Sequence record: MK295203
Length of the DNA: 64,000 nt
Direction: 5' to 3' (one strand)
DNA from: Escherichia phage vB_EcoM_005
Part shown: positions 51,282 to 60,165 of the stretch, piece after piece
Layout: every line of letters begins with the position of its first letter
Numbering within the stretch: the first letter of the stretch is position 1
Program-made: the position numbers and the translations under genes
The notes under the pieces: model-generated
Seen by the model: only the letters and a program-made list of their open reading frames with translations
Database searches by the model: none
What the model was told of the DNA's origin: nothing

Positions 51282-51821
51282 ATGAAAAAAGTATTAGCCA
51301 CTTTACTATTGACAGTTAGTATGTCTGCCCATAGCGTAGAGCCTACTTTCAGTAATGAACAACTCGATAATTTACATTATGCGTATGCTTTCGGTGAACA
51401 ATACCAAAAGTCGGGAAAGTTCAAAGAAAACCCTAATCAAAAAGGATTAGGATATATCATGGCCGGATTACTATGGCAGGAATCATCCGCCGGAATTAAT
51501 CAAGGTTTAAATAAAGATAAGCACCATGCTTATGGCATGTTCCAAAATTACTTGCCTACGTTAAGAAGTCGTGTTCAACAGGTAGGTTGGAAGATGTCAG
51601 ACAAAGAAATAATTCGTATGGTCCAAAAACGACAGAACAGTGCCTCTTGGGCCTACATTGAACTGTCTTATTGGATTGATGTTCACAAAGGTGACCTGAG
51701 AAAAGCGATTGCTTCTTATAATGCGGGCTGGAATGTCAAAGCAGGCAGTAAATATGCTTCTGAAGTTCTAGAAAAGGCCAATTACCTAAAATCTAAAAAG
51801 ATGTTTGAGGCGGTATATTAA
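51282..51821 (+). CDS. secreted SLT-domain lytic transglycosylase
   Basis: Signal peptide MKKVLATLLLTVSMSAHS; ...WQESS...GMFQ...SYNAG... SLT motifs. Confidence 0.65.
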   Translation: MKKVLATLLLTVSMSAHSVEPTFSNEQLDNLHYAYAFGEQYQKSGKFKENPNQKGLGYIMAGLLWQESSAGINQGLNKDKHHAYGMFQNYLPTLRSRVQQVGWKMSDKEIIRMVQKRQNSASWAYIELSYWIDVHKGDLRKAIASYNAGWNVKAGSKYASEVLEKANYLKSKKMFEAVY

Positions 51822-52079
51822 ATGATTAAGCAGATGACTATAGCGCTTATGTTGATCGCTCCGGGAGTATTAGCGTCACAAGTTGATGATAGCAATAATT
51901 CAATTGTCGAGTATGCTACCCGTACAGTCCGAATGAAAGAGAAAACTCTTTCTAAAAGATACGAGCAACGTCTAAACGTTACTGAATGTATTCCATCTGA
52001 TAAAAAGTACAAAGAAATGTGCGCGTCTATGGTAGACAGACTCGTTGATTCTTACAATCGAGGATTAAACTCTAAATGA
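51822..52079 (+). CDS. small secreted protein (85 aa)
   Basis: Signal-peptide-like N-terminus MIKQMTIALMLIAPGVLAS. Confidence 0.5.
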   Translation: MIKQMTIALMLIAPGVLASQVDDSNNSIVEYATRTVRMKEKTLSKRYEQRLNVTECIPSDKKYKEMCASMVDRLVDSYNRGLNSK

Positions 52080-52543
52080 TTATCGATTATATTAAGGGCG
52101 ATATCGTCGCCCTGTTTCTTCAAGGTAATAATGTTGCACACGGGTGCAACTGTTTCCACACAATGGGTTCAGGTGTAGCCGGACAATTGGCTAAGGCTTA
52201 TCCACCTATTCTCTCTATCGATAAAACCACTTATTTAGGCAATTTGGAAAAACTTGGCACGTTTACTCAAGCCACAGGTAATAATGGCCAAATTTGCTAT
52301 AATTTATACACCCAATACGAACCAGGTCCTAATCTTGATTACGGTGCTTTAGTAAACTGTATGATAGAATTAAACCGTACCGCAAAGGGTCTTTTGTTTA
52401 AACCAAGAATTTATATTCCTCGCATCGGTTGTGGTATTGCTGGCGGTGATTGGGACAAGGTTTATCAATTGATTAATTTGTTTACTCCTGATATTAATTT
52501 AGTGGTGGTAGATTATGAAAGCCCATTACCCGCATCCGTTTGA
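52076..52543 (+). CDS. macro-domain protein (ADP-ribose binding / hydrolase-like)
   Basis: GDIVALFLQGNNVAHGCNCFHTMGSGVAGQLAKAY and RIYIPRIGCGIAGGDW resemble macro-domain motifs. Confidence 0.65.
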   Translation: MIIDYIKGDIVALFLQGNNVAHGCNCFHTMGSGVAGQLAKAYPPILSIDKTTYLGNLEKLGTFTQATGNNGQICYNLYTQYEPGPNLDYGALVNCMIELNRTAKGLLFKPRIYIPRIGCGIAGGDWDKVYQLINLFTPDINLVVVDYESPLPASV

Positions 52544-52727
52544 CCCTAAAAACAAAGCGGAAATTATTCGACGCTGGACCGAAACCCGAGTAACTAAATG
52601 CCCTATAAAAAGTCAACACAACACCGATAAATGGTATATCGGTGAATACGTTGAATATACTTTTATAGATAAAAATAAACGTAAACAGCATGTAGAAGAA
52701 TATTGCTTAAAGGTGCAATGGTTATGA
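52515..52727 (+). CDS. hypothetical protein (70 aa)
   Basis: Overlaps 3' end of macro-domain gene in another frame. Confidence 0.4.
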   Translation: MKAHYPHPFDPKNKAEIIRRWTETRVTKCPIKSQHNTDKWYIGEYVEYTFIDKNKRKQHVEEYCLKVQWL

Positions 52728-52909
52728 GTCTGAGTAAAGAACAGAAAGATAAATTGTTTGAGCTTATCCACGAGCTTTTGGATGAGCATGCAGAAGCAAA
52801 CGCTTTTTACGATGAATATGGCCCTATAGATGCCGAACACCAGGAAGAATTCGCCAGTCGGTTTGATGAGAAAGAAAACGAATTAATTGCTTATGTAAAT
52901 AGTCTTTAA
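52724..52909 (+). CDS. hypothetical acidic protein (61 aa)
   Basis: ATGA overlap; track start 52703 is TTG. Confidence 0.45.
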   Translation: MSLSKEQKDKLFELIHELLDEHAEANAFYDEYGPIDAEHQEEFASRFDEKENELIAYVNSL

Positions 52910-52918
52910 GAAGGTAAT

Positions 52919-53491
52919 ATGGCCCAACTTTATTTTCACTACGCAGCAATGAATTCCGGGAAGACCGCTTCATTGCTAACAGCCGCTCATAACTACAAAG
53001 AACGTGGTATGGGCGTACTCCTTTTAAAGCCTGCGATAGACAATAGAGAATCAAGCCATAGCATTTCGTCTCGTATAGGGATTAGCCAAGAAGCTAATGC
53101 AGTGACTCCGGATATGGACCTATACGAGTTCTATCGTTGGGCTGAATCTCAAAAAGATATCCACTGTGTGTTTGTGGATGAAGCGCAGTTCTTAGAACCT
53201 GTACAGATAAAACAACTGGCAAAGATAGTAGACAATTATAATGTTCCAGTTATGTGCTATGGACTAAGAACTGATTTTCAGGGTAAACTGTTTCCTGGCT
53301 CTGCTGAATTACTCGCTACAGCAGATAAACTCGTTGAGTACAAAGGTGTGTGCCATTGCGGCCGTAAAGCTACTATGACGGCTCGTATCCAAGATGGTAT
53401 CGCAATTAAGGACGGAGCCCAAGTTTCTATAGGTGGCAACGATTCTTACGTGTCATTGTGCAGGAAGCACTGGATAGAAATAACGAGTTGA
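52919..53491 (+). CDS. tk: thymidine kinase
   Basis: MAQLYFHYAAMNSGKTASLLTAAHNYKERGM...VFVDEAQFL...CHCGRKATMTAR... matches T4 Tk. Confidence 0.9.
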   Translation: MAQLYFHYAAMNSGKTASLLTAAHNYKERGMGVLLLKPAIDNRESSHSISSRIGISQEANAVTPDMDLYEFYRWAESQKDIHCVFVDEAQFLEPVQIKQLAKIVDNYNVPVMCYGLRTDFQGKLFPGSAELLATADKLVEYKGVCHCGRKATMTARIQDGIAIKDGAQVSIGGNDSYVSLCRKHWIEITS

Positions 53492-53574
53492 GGGTACTAT
53501 GGACCTAAATTCAAAGATTTTAATTCTAGCGTTCGCTGTGGCTATTTCTTATATTGTTCTTTTGCCTATCATGG

Positions 53575-53760
53575 ATGGTGTGGCTTACTAAAAGAGAGAT
53601 AGAGGTTGTAGCAGCGACGTATAATGCTAATAATAAAGAGTGTCCTAATAAAAATGGGATGGATTTAATTAAAGCGCATTATATGCTTTCCATTACCTCG
53701 CCTATACAGAGGAATTGGGTTGAATATAATTTTAACGACGTGTTCTATTCTTATTTGTAG
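53575..53760 (+). CDS. hypothetical small protein (61 aa)
   Basis: ATG within ORF 53554..53760 (TTG start in track); overlaps a 30-codon hydrophobic ORF at 53499..53591. Confidence 0.3.
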   Translation: MVWLTKREIEVVAATYNANNKECPNKNGMDLIKAHYMLSITSPIQRNWVEYNFNDVFYSYL

Positions 53761-53774
53761 TAAGCTTAAAAAGC

Positions 53775-53782
53775 TATAAATA
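53775..53782 (+). promoter_or_regulatory. late promoter TATAAATA
   Basis: TATAAATA about 90 nt upstream of the rI-like gene. Confidence 0.4.
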
Positions 53783-53871
53783 ATAATACTAACCGTAGAG
53801 CTTTAGCTTTTGGTAATCGCTATCGGTTAAGGCCGAAAGGCAAATAGTATAAAACAACAAAGGACTTTTGT

Positions 53872-54186
53872 ATGGATATTTTCCGTACAGCGGCTTGTAT
53901 CCTTATGGCGGGATGTTTAAGCCCTACAGTTTCACTAGCAAATGATACCAATGATAAATTGATGGATGCGTTTGCTAGTAGTGCGATGCCTGTTTATGCG
54001 CAAATGAGTAGACCTAGCGTAAAGGCCTCCGAAGACTATTGGGCCTATGTTACGGCTTCCTGGAAGATTTCAAGTTGTCGGACTATAGAAGCGTGCTCAA
54101 TTGAAGGTCGTGCCATCGGAGAGCGTTATGCAAAACTATTCAGCCCATTTAGAAACCAAAAGCTATGCAAGACACAAAGCGTATGA
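53872..54186 (+). CDS. rI: RI-like lysis-inhibition regulator candidate (secreted / lipoprotein)
   Basis: Signal peptide with lipobox-like LMAGC; C-terminal ...SSCRTIEACSIEGRAIGERYAKL resembles T4 RI as recalled; located after tk. Confidence 0.45.
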   Translation: MDIFRTAACILMAGCLSPTVSLANDTNDKLMDAFASSAMPVYAQMSRPSVKASEDYWAYVTASWKISSCRTIEACSIEGRAIGERYAKLFSPFRNQKLCKTQSV

Positions 54187-54436
54187 CTTCTATTATGTAG
54201 AAGTTCAAGGACCTCTGGACCAATTTAGTGAGCAATATCTTGGATTCAGTGGCAAAGAATATAAAGCATCATTACCGTCTGCTTCAGACTTGCCTAAGGA
54301 CCCGGTAGATTTTCTTGACGAGCTTCTTAAAGCATCTGATAAAATCTATGGCACCCTTCCTAAGGCCATCCAGTCGACTTTGGACGATATCACTGGCGTC
54401 TTTTACCAGACTAAGTATTTGCTGACGTTAGAATAA
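54128..54436 (+). CDS. hypothetical protein (102 aa)
   Basis: Internal ATG of ORF 54101..54436 (TTG in track); overlaps rI-like 3' end in another frame. Confidence 0.45.
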   Translation: MQNYSAHLETKSYARHKAYDFYYVEVQGPLDQFSEQYLGFSGKEYKASLPSASDLPKDPVDFLDELLKASDKIYGTLPKAIQSTLDDITGVFYQTKYLLTLE

Positions 54437-54441
54437 TCAAA

Positions 54442-54466
54442 GGTCCCACTTCGGTGGGACCTTTTT
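54442..54466 (+). terminator. rho-independent terminator
   Basis: GGTCCCAC-TTCG-GTGGGACC followed by TTTTT. Confidence 0.7.
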
Positions 54467-54475
54467 CGTTTAGGT

Positions 54476-54517
54476 GTTTACATCCTCTAGGAACATGATA
54501 CTATAGACCTATCAACT
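54476..54517 (+). promoter_or_regulatory. early promoter cassette (PeSL-like)
   Basis: GTTTACATCCTCTAGGAACATGATACTATAGACCTATCAACTAATGAGGAG. Confidence 0.6.
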
Positions 54518-54532
54518 AATGAGGAGAACAGT

Positions 54533-54769
54533 ATGAAACTTACAAGTACTACGGTTTCATTAGAATATGAAATCAACGGTCGTATCCTTGAGATTAAGAT
54601 ATTCGACGACCGAAGTATCTTCGCTGATTATCGAGGATACAGAATTCGTCTAGAAAAGGACGAGCTCAAGGAACCGTGGCTCCTTAAAGACACATTAAAG
54701 GGTTGTGGGTGTAAACTGAACACCACCCAGGCCCAAGAATTAATTTCTACCATCAACAAATACTGGTGA
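54533..54769 (+). CDS. hypothetical protein (78 aa)
   Basis: ATG after GAGGAG. Confidence 0.55.
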   Translation: MKLTSTTVSLEYEINGRILEIKIFDDRSIFADYRGYRIRLEKDELKEPWLLKDTLKGCGCKLNTTQAQELISTINKYW

Positions 54770-54773
54770 TATT

Positions 54774-54956
54774 ATGTTAACTACTGAACAGATTGAACAA
54801 ATCCTTAAACTCGCTACTGCTGTTGAACGCGATTCGTATGATATTGCAGTAGAACAATGTGAAGGCTATTCATATTCCGGAATAGAGCAGTGTAAACGAG
54901 ATTTGGCTAACTCTAAAGCAGCATTGGTTGGGTATCTTAATGAGTTGAAAGCATAA
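54774..54956 (+). CDS. hypothetical protein (60 aa)
   Basis: Coupled small ORF. Confidence 0.5.
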   Translation: MLTTEQIEQILKLATAVERDSYDIAVEQCEGYSYSGIEQCKRDLANSKAALVGYLNELKA

Positions 54957-55057
54957 TGGCTGATGGCACAGGAGCATGAGATGATTTACTATCTTGAACC
55001 TTGGGCTTGGCTAACTTTGTTCTAGAACCTGAGACATTAGCCGGTTCTGGTGATGAT

Positions 55058-55186
55058 ATGACTGTTGAAGTGGTAGAATGGAATCTCATTAAAGGTGGGA
55101 TTGTTCTGGAACAAGATGACGAGGTCATTTATCTGGATGCAAGCCAAGTTGAAGAGCTTTATAGTATTTTAAAACACAACCGGTGA
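55058..55186 (+). CDS. hypothetical small protein, apparently disrupted paralog of 55383..55844
   Basis: Removing 55001-55029 restores one ORF from ATG 54981 (MIYYLEPETLAGSGDDMTVEVVEW...) that aligns with the N-terminus of 55383..55844. Confidence 0.35.
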   Translation: MTVEVVEWNLIKGGIVLEQDDEVIYLDASQVEELYSILKHNR

Positions 55187-55189
55187 TTT

Positions 55190-55372
55190 ATGAAAACCGA
55201 AGAAAAGCATTTAAAACTTGAAGAGCTTATCGAGATATATTCTGGAGCAGTGGCCAGATTTGAAACTGCGTTTTGCAATGATTACCCAGCTAGTGAATGC
55301 AGCAGGCTTTCTAAAGAAGAAGATGAAGCTCTTAAAGAGTTGTTAAATTTTATTAAACAAAATGTGAAATGA
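55190..55372 (+). CDS. hypothetical protein (60 aa)
   Basis: ATGA-coupled. Confidence 0.5.
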   Translation: MKTEEKHLKLEELIEIYSGAVARFETAFCNDYPASECSRLSKEEDEALKELLNFIKQNVK

Positions 55373-55382
55373 GGAACGGAAA

Positions 55383-55844
55383 ATGATTATTGAAACATCT
55401 GGGCTGTTTGGTGACCTGACTGCTGAAGTAGTTGATAATGCAATTGTGCTTTCACAAGAAGACGATAAAATCGTACTGACTATCCAAGATATCAAACCAC
55501 TTTACGATTTAAAGGTTTTGGACAAACACGAATATCTTAAGGGTAGTTTTAGAGGTGTATTTGATATTAACGATGATATGTGGGCCCAGATTTATAACCA
55601 TGACAACGGGTTTAATTTGGAAACGGATGCAGAATGTCTAAGCATTAGTGATTCCGCTAATTTCTTTAAATGTATTTTTAAACTGTTCCAGGAAGAATGC
55701 AAGCCGGAAGTTGAATGGAAAGTCCCTGGCCAAGATGCGGTAATTCGTTCTATCGACGGTGAAAATGAAGTGGTATTTACTAAGGACGAGCTTAAAGTTT
55801 TAGTCTCTTATCTGAACTCTGTTATCCCAACTATGAACGCTTAA
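55383..55844 (+). CDS. hypothetical acidic protein (153 aa)
   Basis: ATG after GAGGAACGG; N-terminus paralogous to 55058 ORF. Confidence 0.55.
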   Translation: MIIETSGLFGDLTAEVVDNAIVLSQEDDKIVLTIQDIKPLYDLKVLDKHEYLKGSFRGVFDINDDMWAQIYNHDNGFNLETDAECLSISDSANFFKCIFKLFQEECKPEVEWKVPGQDAVIRSIDGENEVVFTKDELKVLVSYLNSVIPTMNA

Positions 55845-55853
55845 GGAAATATT

Positions 55854-56207
55854 ATGGTTATCAATACAAGGTGTTCTGTGCTTGCAGGTAGTACTATTTT
55901 CGGCTTAACTGTTGCAGGTGCCGGTATATTGGAGCAGTTCTTTGTATTGAGTACTCCTGTTGGTTTAAGTTTAGGTTTTATTTTAGGACTGGTTACACTG
56001 GCTCTTATTCTGGCGGTAGCTGTTGGTATTGTGTATTGTATAATGAGTTTCTGGGCCTGGTATGATTTACGTAAAGAAGAAAAAGAATGGGAACTAATTA
56101 AAGCTAAACGTGAAGGAAAGGAAATTAAAGAAAATATCGTTATTCAATATATCAAAGCTCGTAAATCTAAGGTCTGTCCGGTAATCCACTTCGAGGACAA
56201 AGAATGA
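55854..56207 (+). CDS. membrane protein (117 aa)
   Basis: Two or three hydrophobic helices then Lys/Glu-rich tail; overlaps next gene by 4 nt. Confidence 0.55.
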   Translation: MVINTRCSVLAGSTIFGLTVAGAGILEQFFVLSTPVGLSLGFILGLVTLALILAVAVGIVYCIMSFWAWYDLRKEEKEWELIKAKREGKEIKENIVIQYIKARKSKVCPVIHFEDKE

Positions 56208-57115
56208 GAACAGTTATGAAAGGCTACTTCGGTAGCCACCTTTATGGAACAAGTACTCCGGAATCTGATGTCGATTTTAAAGAAATCTTTGTTCCACATC
56301 CGCGTGATATTCTGTTAGGTACGGCTATGAACCATACCAACCTGAATACGAATAACACAGCTTCTAAAAACACTAAAGATGATGTTGACCACGAGCTTTA
56401 CAGCCTGAAATATTTCTTTAAACTAGCGGCTGAAGGCGAAACCGTTGCTCTGGATATGCTCCACACTCCACCTGAATTGGTGGTTAAATCTGATTTACCT
56501 GATGTATGGAAATTTATCCAGGATAACCGTTCTCGGTTCTATACAACCAACATGAAAGCCTATTTAGGGTATGTCCGTAAGCAAGCTTCTAAGTATGGTG
56601 TTAAAGGTTCTCGGGTAGAAGATATCAAACACAGACTCCCTGAAAACGAGTTCTGTGAATGGGTATTCCATAACCACGAGAAAACAGGTCCTCAAACGTT
56701 CTATACTGTTCTTGGACGTAAGTACCAAACCACCTTGTCTTTAATCGAGCTCAAGCAATCTCTGAATAAGCTCGATGCGGAATATGGTGAACGTGCTCGT
56801 AAGGCTGAAGCCAATGAAGGTATTGACTGGAAAGCTCTGAGCCATGCTTATCGGGCTGGATACCAGTTGAAGGAAATCTATCAAACTGGTGACCTCCAAT
56901 ATCCTTTACGTACAGCACCGTTTATCCTTGAAATCAAACAAGGGCTTCATGCTTTTAAAGATGTACAGGCCGAACTTGAAGCTATCGTTGATGAAGTCGA
57001 AACTAATGCTATCTGGGCCGCTAAGAATGGTATGCCTGAGAAGGTAGACATGAAGTTCTGGGACAAGTTCGTCGAAGAGGTTTACCTAGAAAACCATAAC
57101 TCGTATTATAAATGA
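56204..57115 (+). CDS. Pol-beta-superfamily nucleotidyltransferase-like protein (303 aa)
   Basis: N-terminal GYFGSHLYGTSTPESDVD fits the G[SG]...DxD NTase signature. Confidence 0.6.
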   Translation: MRTVMKGYFGSHLYGTSTPESDVDFKEIFVPHPRDILLGTAMNHTNLNTNNTASKNTKDDVDHELYSLKYFFKLAAEGETVALDMLHTPPELVVKSDLPDVWKFIQDNRSRFYTTNMKAYLGYVRKQASKYGVKGSRVEDIKHRLPENEFCEWVFHNHEKTGPQTFYTVLGRKYQTTLSLIELKQSLNKLDAEYGERARKAEANEGIDWKALSHAYRAGYQLKEIYQTGDLQYPLRTAPFILEIKQGLHAFKDVQAELEAIVDEVETNAIWAAKNGMPEKVDMKFWDKFVEEVYLENHNSYYK

Positions 57116-57118
57116 TAA

Positions 57119-57138
57119 AAGGCCTTCGGGCCTTTTTT
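57119..57138 (+). terminator. rho-independent terminator
   Basis: GGCC-TTCG-GGCC followed by TTTTTT. Confidence 0.65.
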
Positions 57139-57157
57139 GGGTTTAGTGCAAAAAAGA

Positions 57158-57200
57158 GTTTACACCCTCGTAGAGCATGTTATTATGGACCTATCAAATC
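57158..57200 (+). promoter_or_regulatory. early promoter cassette (variant)
   Basis: GTTTACACCCTCGTAGAGCATGTTATTATGGACCTATCAAATC. Confidence 0.5.
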
Positions 57201-57223
57201 TACTGAGTGAAATGGAGAATATA

Positions 57224-58204
57224 ATGTTAACTATCAAAATCAACAAAGGTATCTATCGCGGTAATGAAATCTCTGGTACGTTCATGAGTTCAGGTAAAAC
57301 CTGGTTCCCTAATAAAATTCATGAATCCGAAGCTCACCTCGGTGACGGCAAGGTATTCGTACAGATTGATGGTGTTGAACGTGGTGTATGGGTGTTCAAA
57401 TGTGACGTTGAAACGGAAGGTGCTGAAGCTCCTGTAGTGGTTACTGAATCCGCTGAAGAAATGAAGCATCGCATCAACAAACGTTTTAAAGTAATGAACA
57501 TGATGACTAACGGAATCATCGATGGTAAAATTCGTTCCCTTATCATCTCTGGTGCCGCAGGTATTGGTAAAACGTATTCTTTGGATAAAGCATTACAAAA
57601 TGCCCACGAAAATGAAACTATCGAATATAAATCAATCAACGGAAAGATTAGTGGAATCGGTCTTTACGAGCAGCTTTGGAATAACCGCGGCCCTAATAGT
57701 GTTCTTCTTATCGATGATGTTGATGTATTCTCTGATATGGATATCCTGAACCTGTTAAAAGCAGCATTGGATACCGGTGAAAAACGTAAGGTGTGCTGGA
57801 GCACTTCAAGTTCTTACCTCGATGATAAAAATATCGATAAAGAATTCGAATACGAAGGCACCATCGTGTTCATCACCAACGTTGATATTGACCGTGAATT
57901 AGAGCGTGGAACTAAACTTGCTCCACACCTCCAGGCTTTAGTATCTCGTTCAGTTTACTTAGACCTCGGAGTTCACTCGAACGAAGAGATTATGGTTCGT
58001 GTTGAAGACGTTATCCTGTCCACTGATATGATGCAAAATCGAGGTCTGACTGATGCTGAGACTTATCAAGCTTTAGCATGGATGAAGGCTAATGTATCTC
58101 GTCTTCGTAACGTATCATTACGTACAGCTCTTTATCTGGCAGACTTCATTGCCACCGATAAAAATGACTGGAACGAAATCGCTGAAGTTACACTTCTGAA
58201 ATAA
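57224..58204 (+). CDS. AAA+-type ATPase (326 aa)
   Basis: Walker A GAAGIGKT, Walker B VLLIDDVD; ATG after GGAG; ORF track extends upstream from TTG 57137. Confidence 0.65.
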   Translation: MLTIKINKGIYRGNEISGTFMSSGKTWFPNKIHESEAHLGDGKVFVQIDGVERGVWVFKCDVETEGAEAPVVVTESAEEMKHRINKRFKVMNMMTNGIIDGKIRSLIISGAAGIGKTYSLDKALQNAHENETIEYKSINGKISGIGLYEQLWNNRGPNSVLLIDDVDVFSDMDILNLLKAALDTGEKRKVCWSTSSSYLDDKNIDKEFEYEGTIVFITNVDIDRELERGTKLAPHLQALVSRSVYLDLGVHSNEEIMVRVEDVILSTDMMQNRGLTDAETYQALAWMKANVSRLRNVSLRTALYLADFIATDKNDWNEIAEVTLLK

Positions 58205-58214
58205 AGGTGAAATT

Positions 58215-58556
58215 ATGTTCGAACAATTTAGTTACGACCTTATAAAAGCAGAGTTGAAGTACTCTAATGCCATGAAACAGTCCGTCGAGGACTATGATAA
58301 TGAATTTAAATACAAATTCGCCGAGAAGGTTTATAAAACTGATTGTGAAGAAGGAGACTATAAGAGACTGGCCTTGGCAGCTAAGACTCAGGCCTTAATA
58401 AATCTAGACCGCAAACAGGTAAAGTTGGCAGGCGACTTCCGAGGTGAACTCTGCGCCATCAGGAATGAATACCTTATTCGTATTAAACACCAACGGAAAG
58501 AGAACACCCAATCTGCGTGGTTTAGTGGACAATCAGGTGAAAAAAGTTTCTATTAG
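58215..58556 (+). CDS. hypothetical protein (113 aa)
   Basis: ATG after AAGGTG. Confidence 0.5.
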   Translation: MFEQFSYDLIKAELKYSNAMKQSVEDYDNEFKYKFAEKVYKTDCEEGDYKRLALAAKTQALINLDRKQVKLAGDFRGELCAIRNEYLIRIKHQRKENTQSAWFSGQSGEKSFY

Positions 58557-58557
58557 T

Positions 58558-58600
58558 TGTTTACATCTCCAGTAGAAATGATACTATAGACCTATCAACT
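58558..58600 (+). promoter_or_regulatory. early promoter cassette with SD-sequestering inverted repeat
   Basis: GTTTAC, spacer ATCTCCAGTAG, TGATACTATAGACCTATCAA, then CTACTGGAGG. Confidence 0.6.
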
Positions 58601-58613
58601 ACTGGAGGTTATC

Positions 58614-59039
58614 ATGAACGCTAAAGATATTTTTTCACTGATTAATTTCAACAACGGTAATTTCAAATCTGAAAAACAAAGCAAGTTCTTTAACGACGTT
58701 GCTTGTGGTAATGAGATTACCGTATCTGGAGGAGAGATTTACAAAAGCCGTTGGAACTGGATTGTTATCATCGATTCAGTTGGTATTGTAGAGCTCTATA
58801 AAAATACTAACAAAAAACGTACTCTTCACTGGAGTCGTGAAACCAATCAATCTTATCAAGCTGAACGTAACAAACGTTTAATGCCTACTGAATCTGACCT
58901 GGCAAATGTTAAATCTGATATCGCTTATTTCGATAATCTGATTGCCGAGGAACAAGCGGTTATTGATAAGTTTGACGAAATCAAAGCTTGTAAAGAGATT
59001 CCTGAATTCATGGAGCGTTTAAAGACGGTTCTCGCATAA
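58614..59039 (+). CDS. hypothetical protein (141 aa)
   Basis: ATG after GGAGG. Confidence 0.55.
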   Translation: MNAKDIFSLINFNNGNFKSEKQSKFFNDVACGNEITVSGGEIYKSRWNWIVIIDSVGIVELYKNTNKKRTLHWSRETNQSYQAERNKRLMPTESDLANVKSDIAYFDNLIAEEQAVIDKFDEIKACKEIPEFMERLKTVLA

Positions 59040-59040
59040 A

Positions 59041-59066
59041 CGCTTTATACCAAGGATGGTATAATG
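59041..59066 (+). promoter_or_regulatory. possible early promoter (TATAAT type)
   Basis: CTTTATAC...GGTATAAT upstream of 59103. Confidence 0.3.
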
Positions 59067-59102
59067 GTTCTAGGTTCTTAATTACTTACTGAGGAAATTA
59101 TT

Positions 59103-59948
59103 ATGTCACAGGCAATTAATCAAATTCGTTCTGAAGTTAAAAAAGTTATTAAATTTGGTCGTATTCCACTGAATAAAGAAGTGGTTGAAAAGGTTTTGGC
59201 CATGATGTGGGAAAAGTTTGAAGTTTGTATTTCTGTAGATGAATTCACTAAAATCTTTGACAAGACTAAAGGTTTGTTTACGTTAGAAGACCGAGTCATG
59301 AAATCTCTTCACAGGGCCGGTATGTTGACTCGTGCTAACGCCAGAATTATTCTTAGAAATTATAACAAAGGCTATGACCTCTACGGTCGTTTAATCCCGG
59401 CGATGTCATTTGATGAAGTTGTTAAAGACCTTAATGCCAACCAACGACGTCTACTGGCTCTTGGCGCTCGCCTTGCAAAAGGTCTTGATAAACAAATGAC
59501 CTTTAAGACCAATGGTTCAGGCGATTGGATTATCTTTAGTATTGTTAACCACCCCAGAAATGAAAATGAGTATACTATTTCCCATTACAGTGGATGTCAA
59601 TACGACAACTGGAAGTTCCATCTGCGCTTAGCCCTGTCTGAATTAGAACAGCATGGTGTTCTTAGTTTTGGTGATGCCGAAACTGGAGTGGGTCAGCGTA
59701 TTAAACTTTATAAAATTAAAGACCTGGCTGAAGAGCCTTCAGAACAAGCTCCTAAACCGGAACCTGTGCCAGTGCGCAGCAATGAGAAGCATCAATCCCA
59801 GATTGAGTATTTTAGCAATTTGCTTACTTGCTTGAATGTTACAATCCAACAACAAGATGATGAGATTTTCCGACTCTCTGGTCTGAATGCTAAAGCTAAG
59901 GCTGAACGTCAAAAATATATCGATATCCTAAATCTTCTTAAGGATTAA
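59103..59948 (+). CDS. hypothetical protein (281 aa)
   Basis: ATG after GAGGAAA; no recognisable motif. Confidence 0.55.
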   Translation: MSQAINQIRSEVKKVIKFGRIPLNKEVVEKVLAMMWEKFEVCISVDEFTKIFDKTKGLFTLEDRVMKSLHRAGMLTRANARIILRNYNKGYDLYGRLIPAMSFDEVVKDLNANQRRLLALGARLAKGLDKQMTFKTNGSGDWIIFSIVNHPRNENEYTISHYSGCQYDNWKFHLRLALSELEQHGVLSFGDAETGVGQRIKLYKIKDLAEEPSEQAPKPEPVPVRSNEKHQSQIEYFSNLLTCLNVTIQQQDDEIFRLSGLNAKAKAERQKYIDILNLLKD

Positions 59949-59949
59949 T

Positions 59950-60165
59950 ATGGCTACTTTAATTATTGGTTCTATTTTTGGATACCTTGTGATAGGATTC
60001 ATTACTACCGTATTAATCCATAAATTCGATGGCCATTTTGAAAGAGGTGACAAGTATGATGCAGTATTCACTACCCTTGCATGGCCTATATTCTGGATTG
60101 TATGTATTGTTTTGGTAGTAGTGTGGCCTATGGCTAAATTCTATGAAAAATTATTTGGACTTTAA
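59950..60165 (+). CDS. small membrane protein (71 aa)
   Basis: Two hydrophobic helices. Confidence 0.5.
   Translation: MATLIIGSIFGYLVIGFITTVLIHKFDGHFERGDKYDAVFTTLAWPIFWIVCIVLVVVWPMAKFYEKLFGL

Noticed and set aside
53499-53591. 30-codon hydrophobic ORF right after tk
   Set aside because: Very short, overlaps a decayed promoter-cassette core and another ORF; not enough evidence to call a gene.
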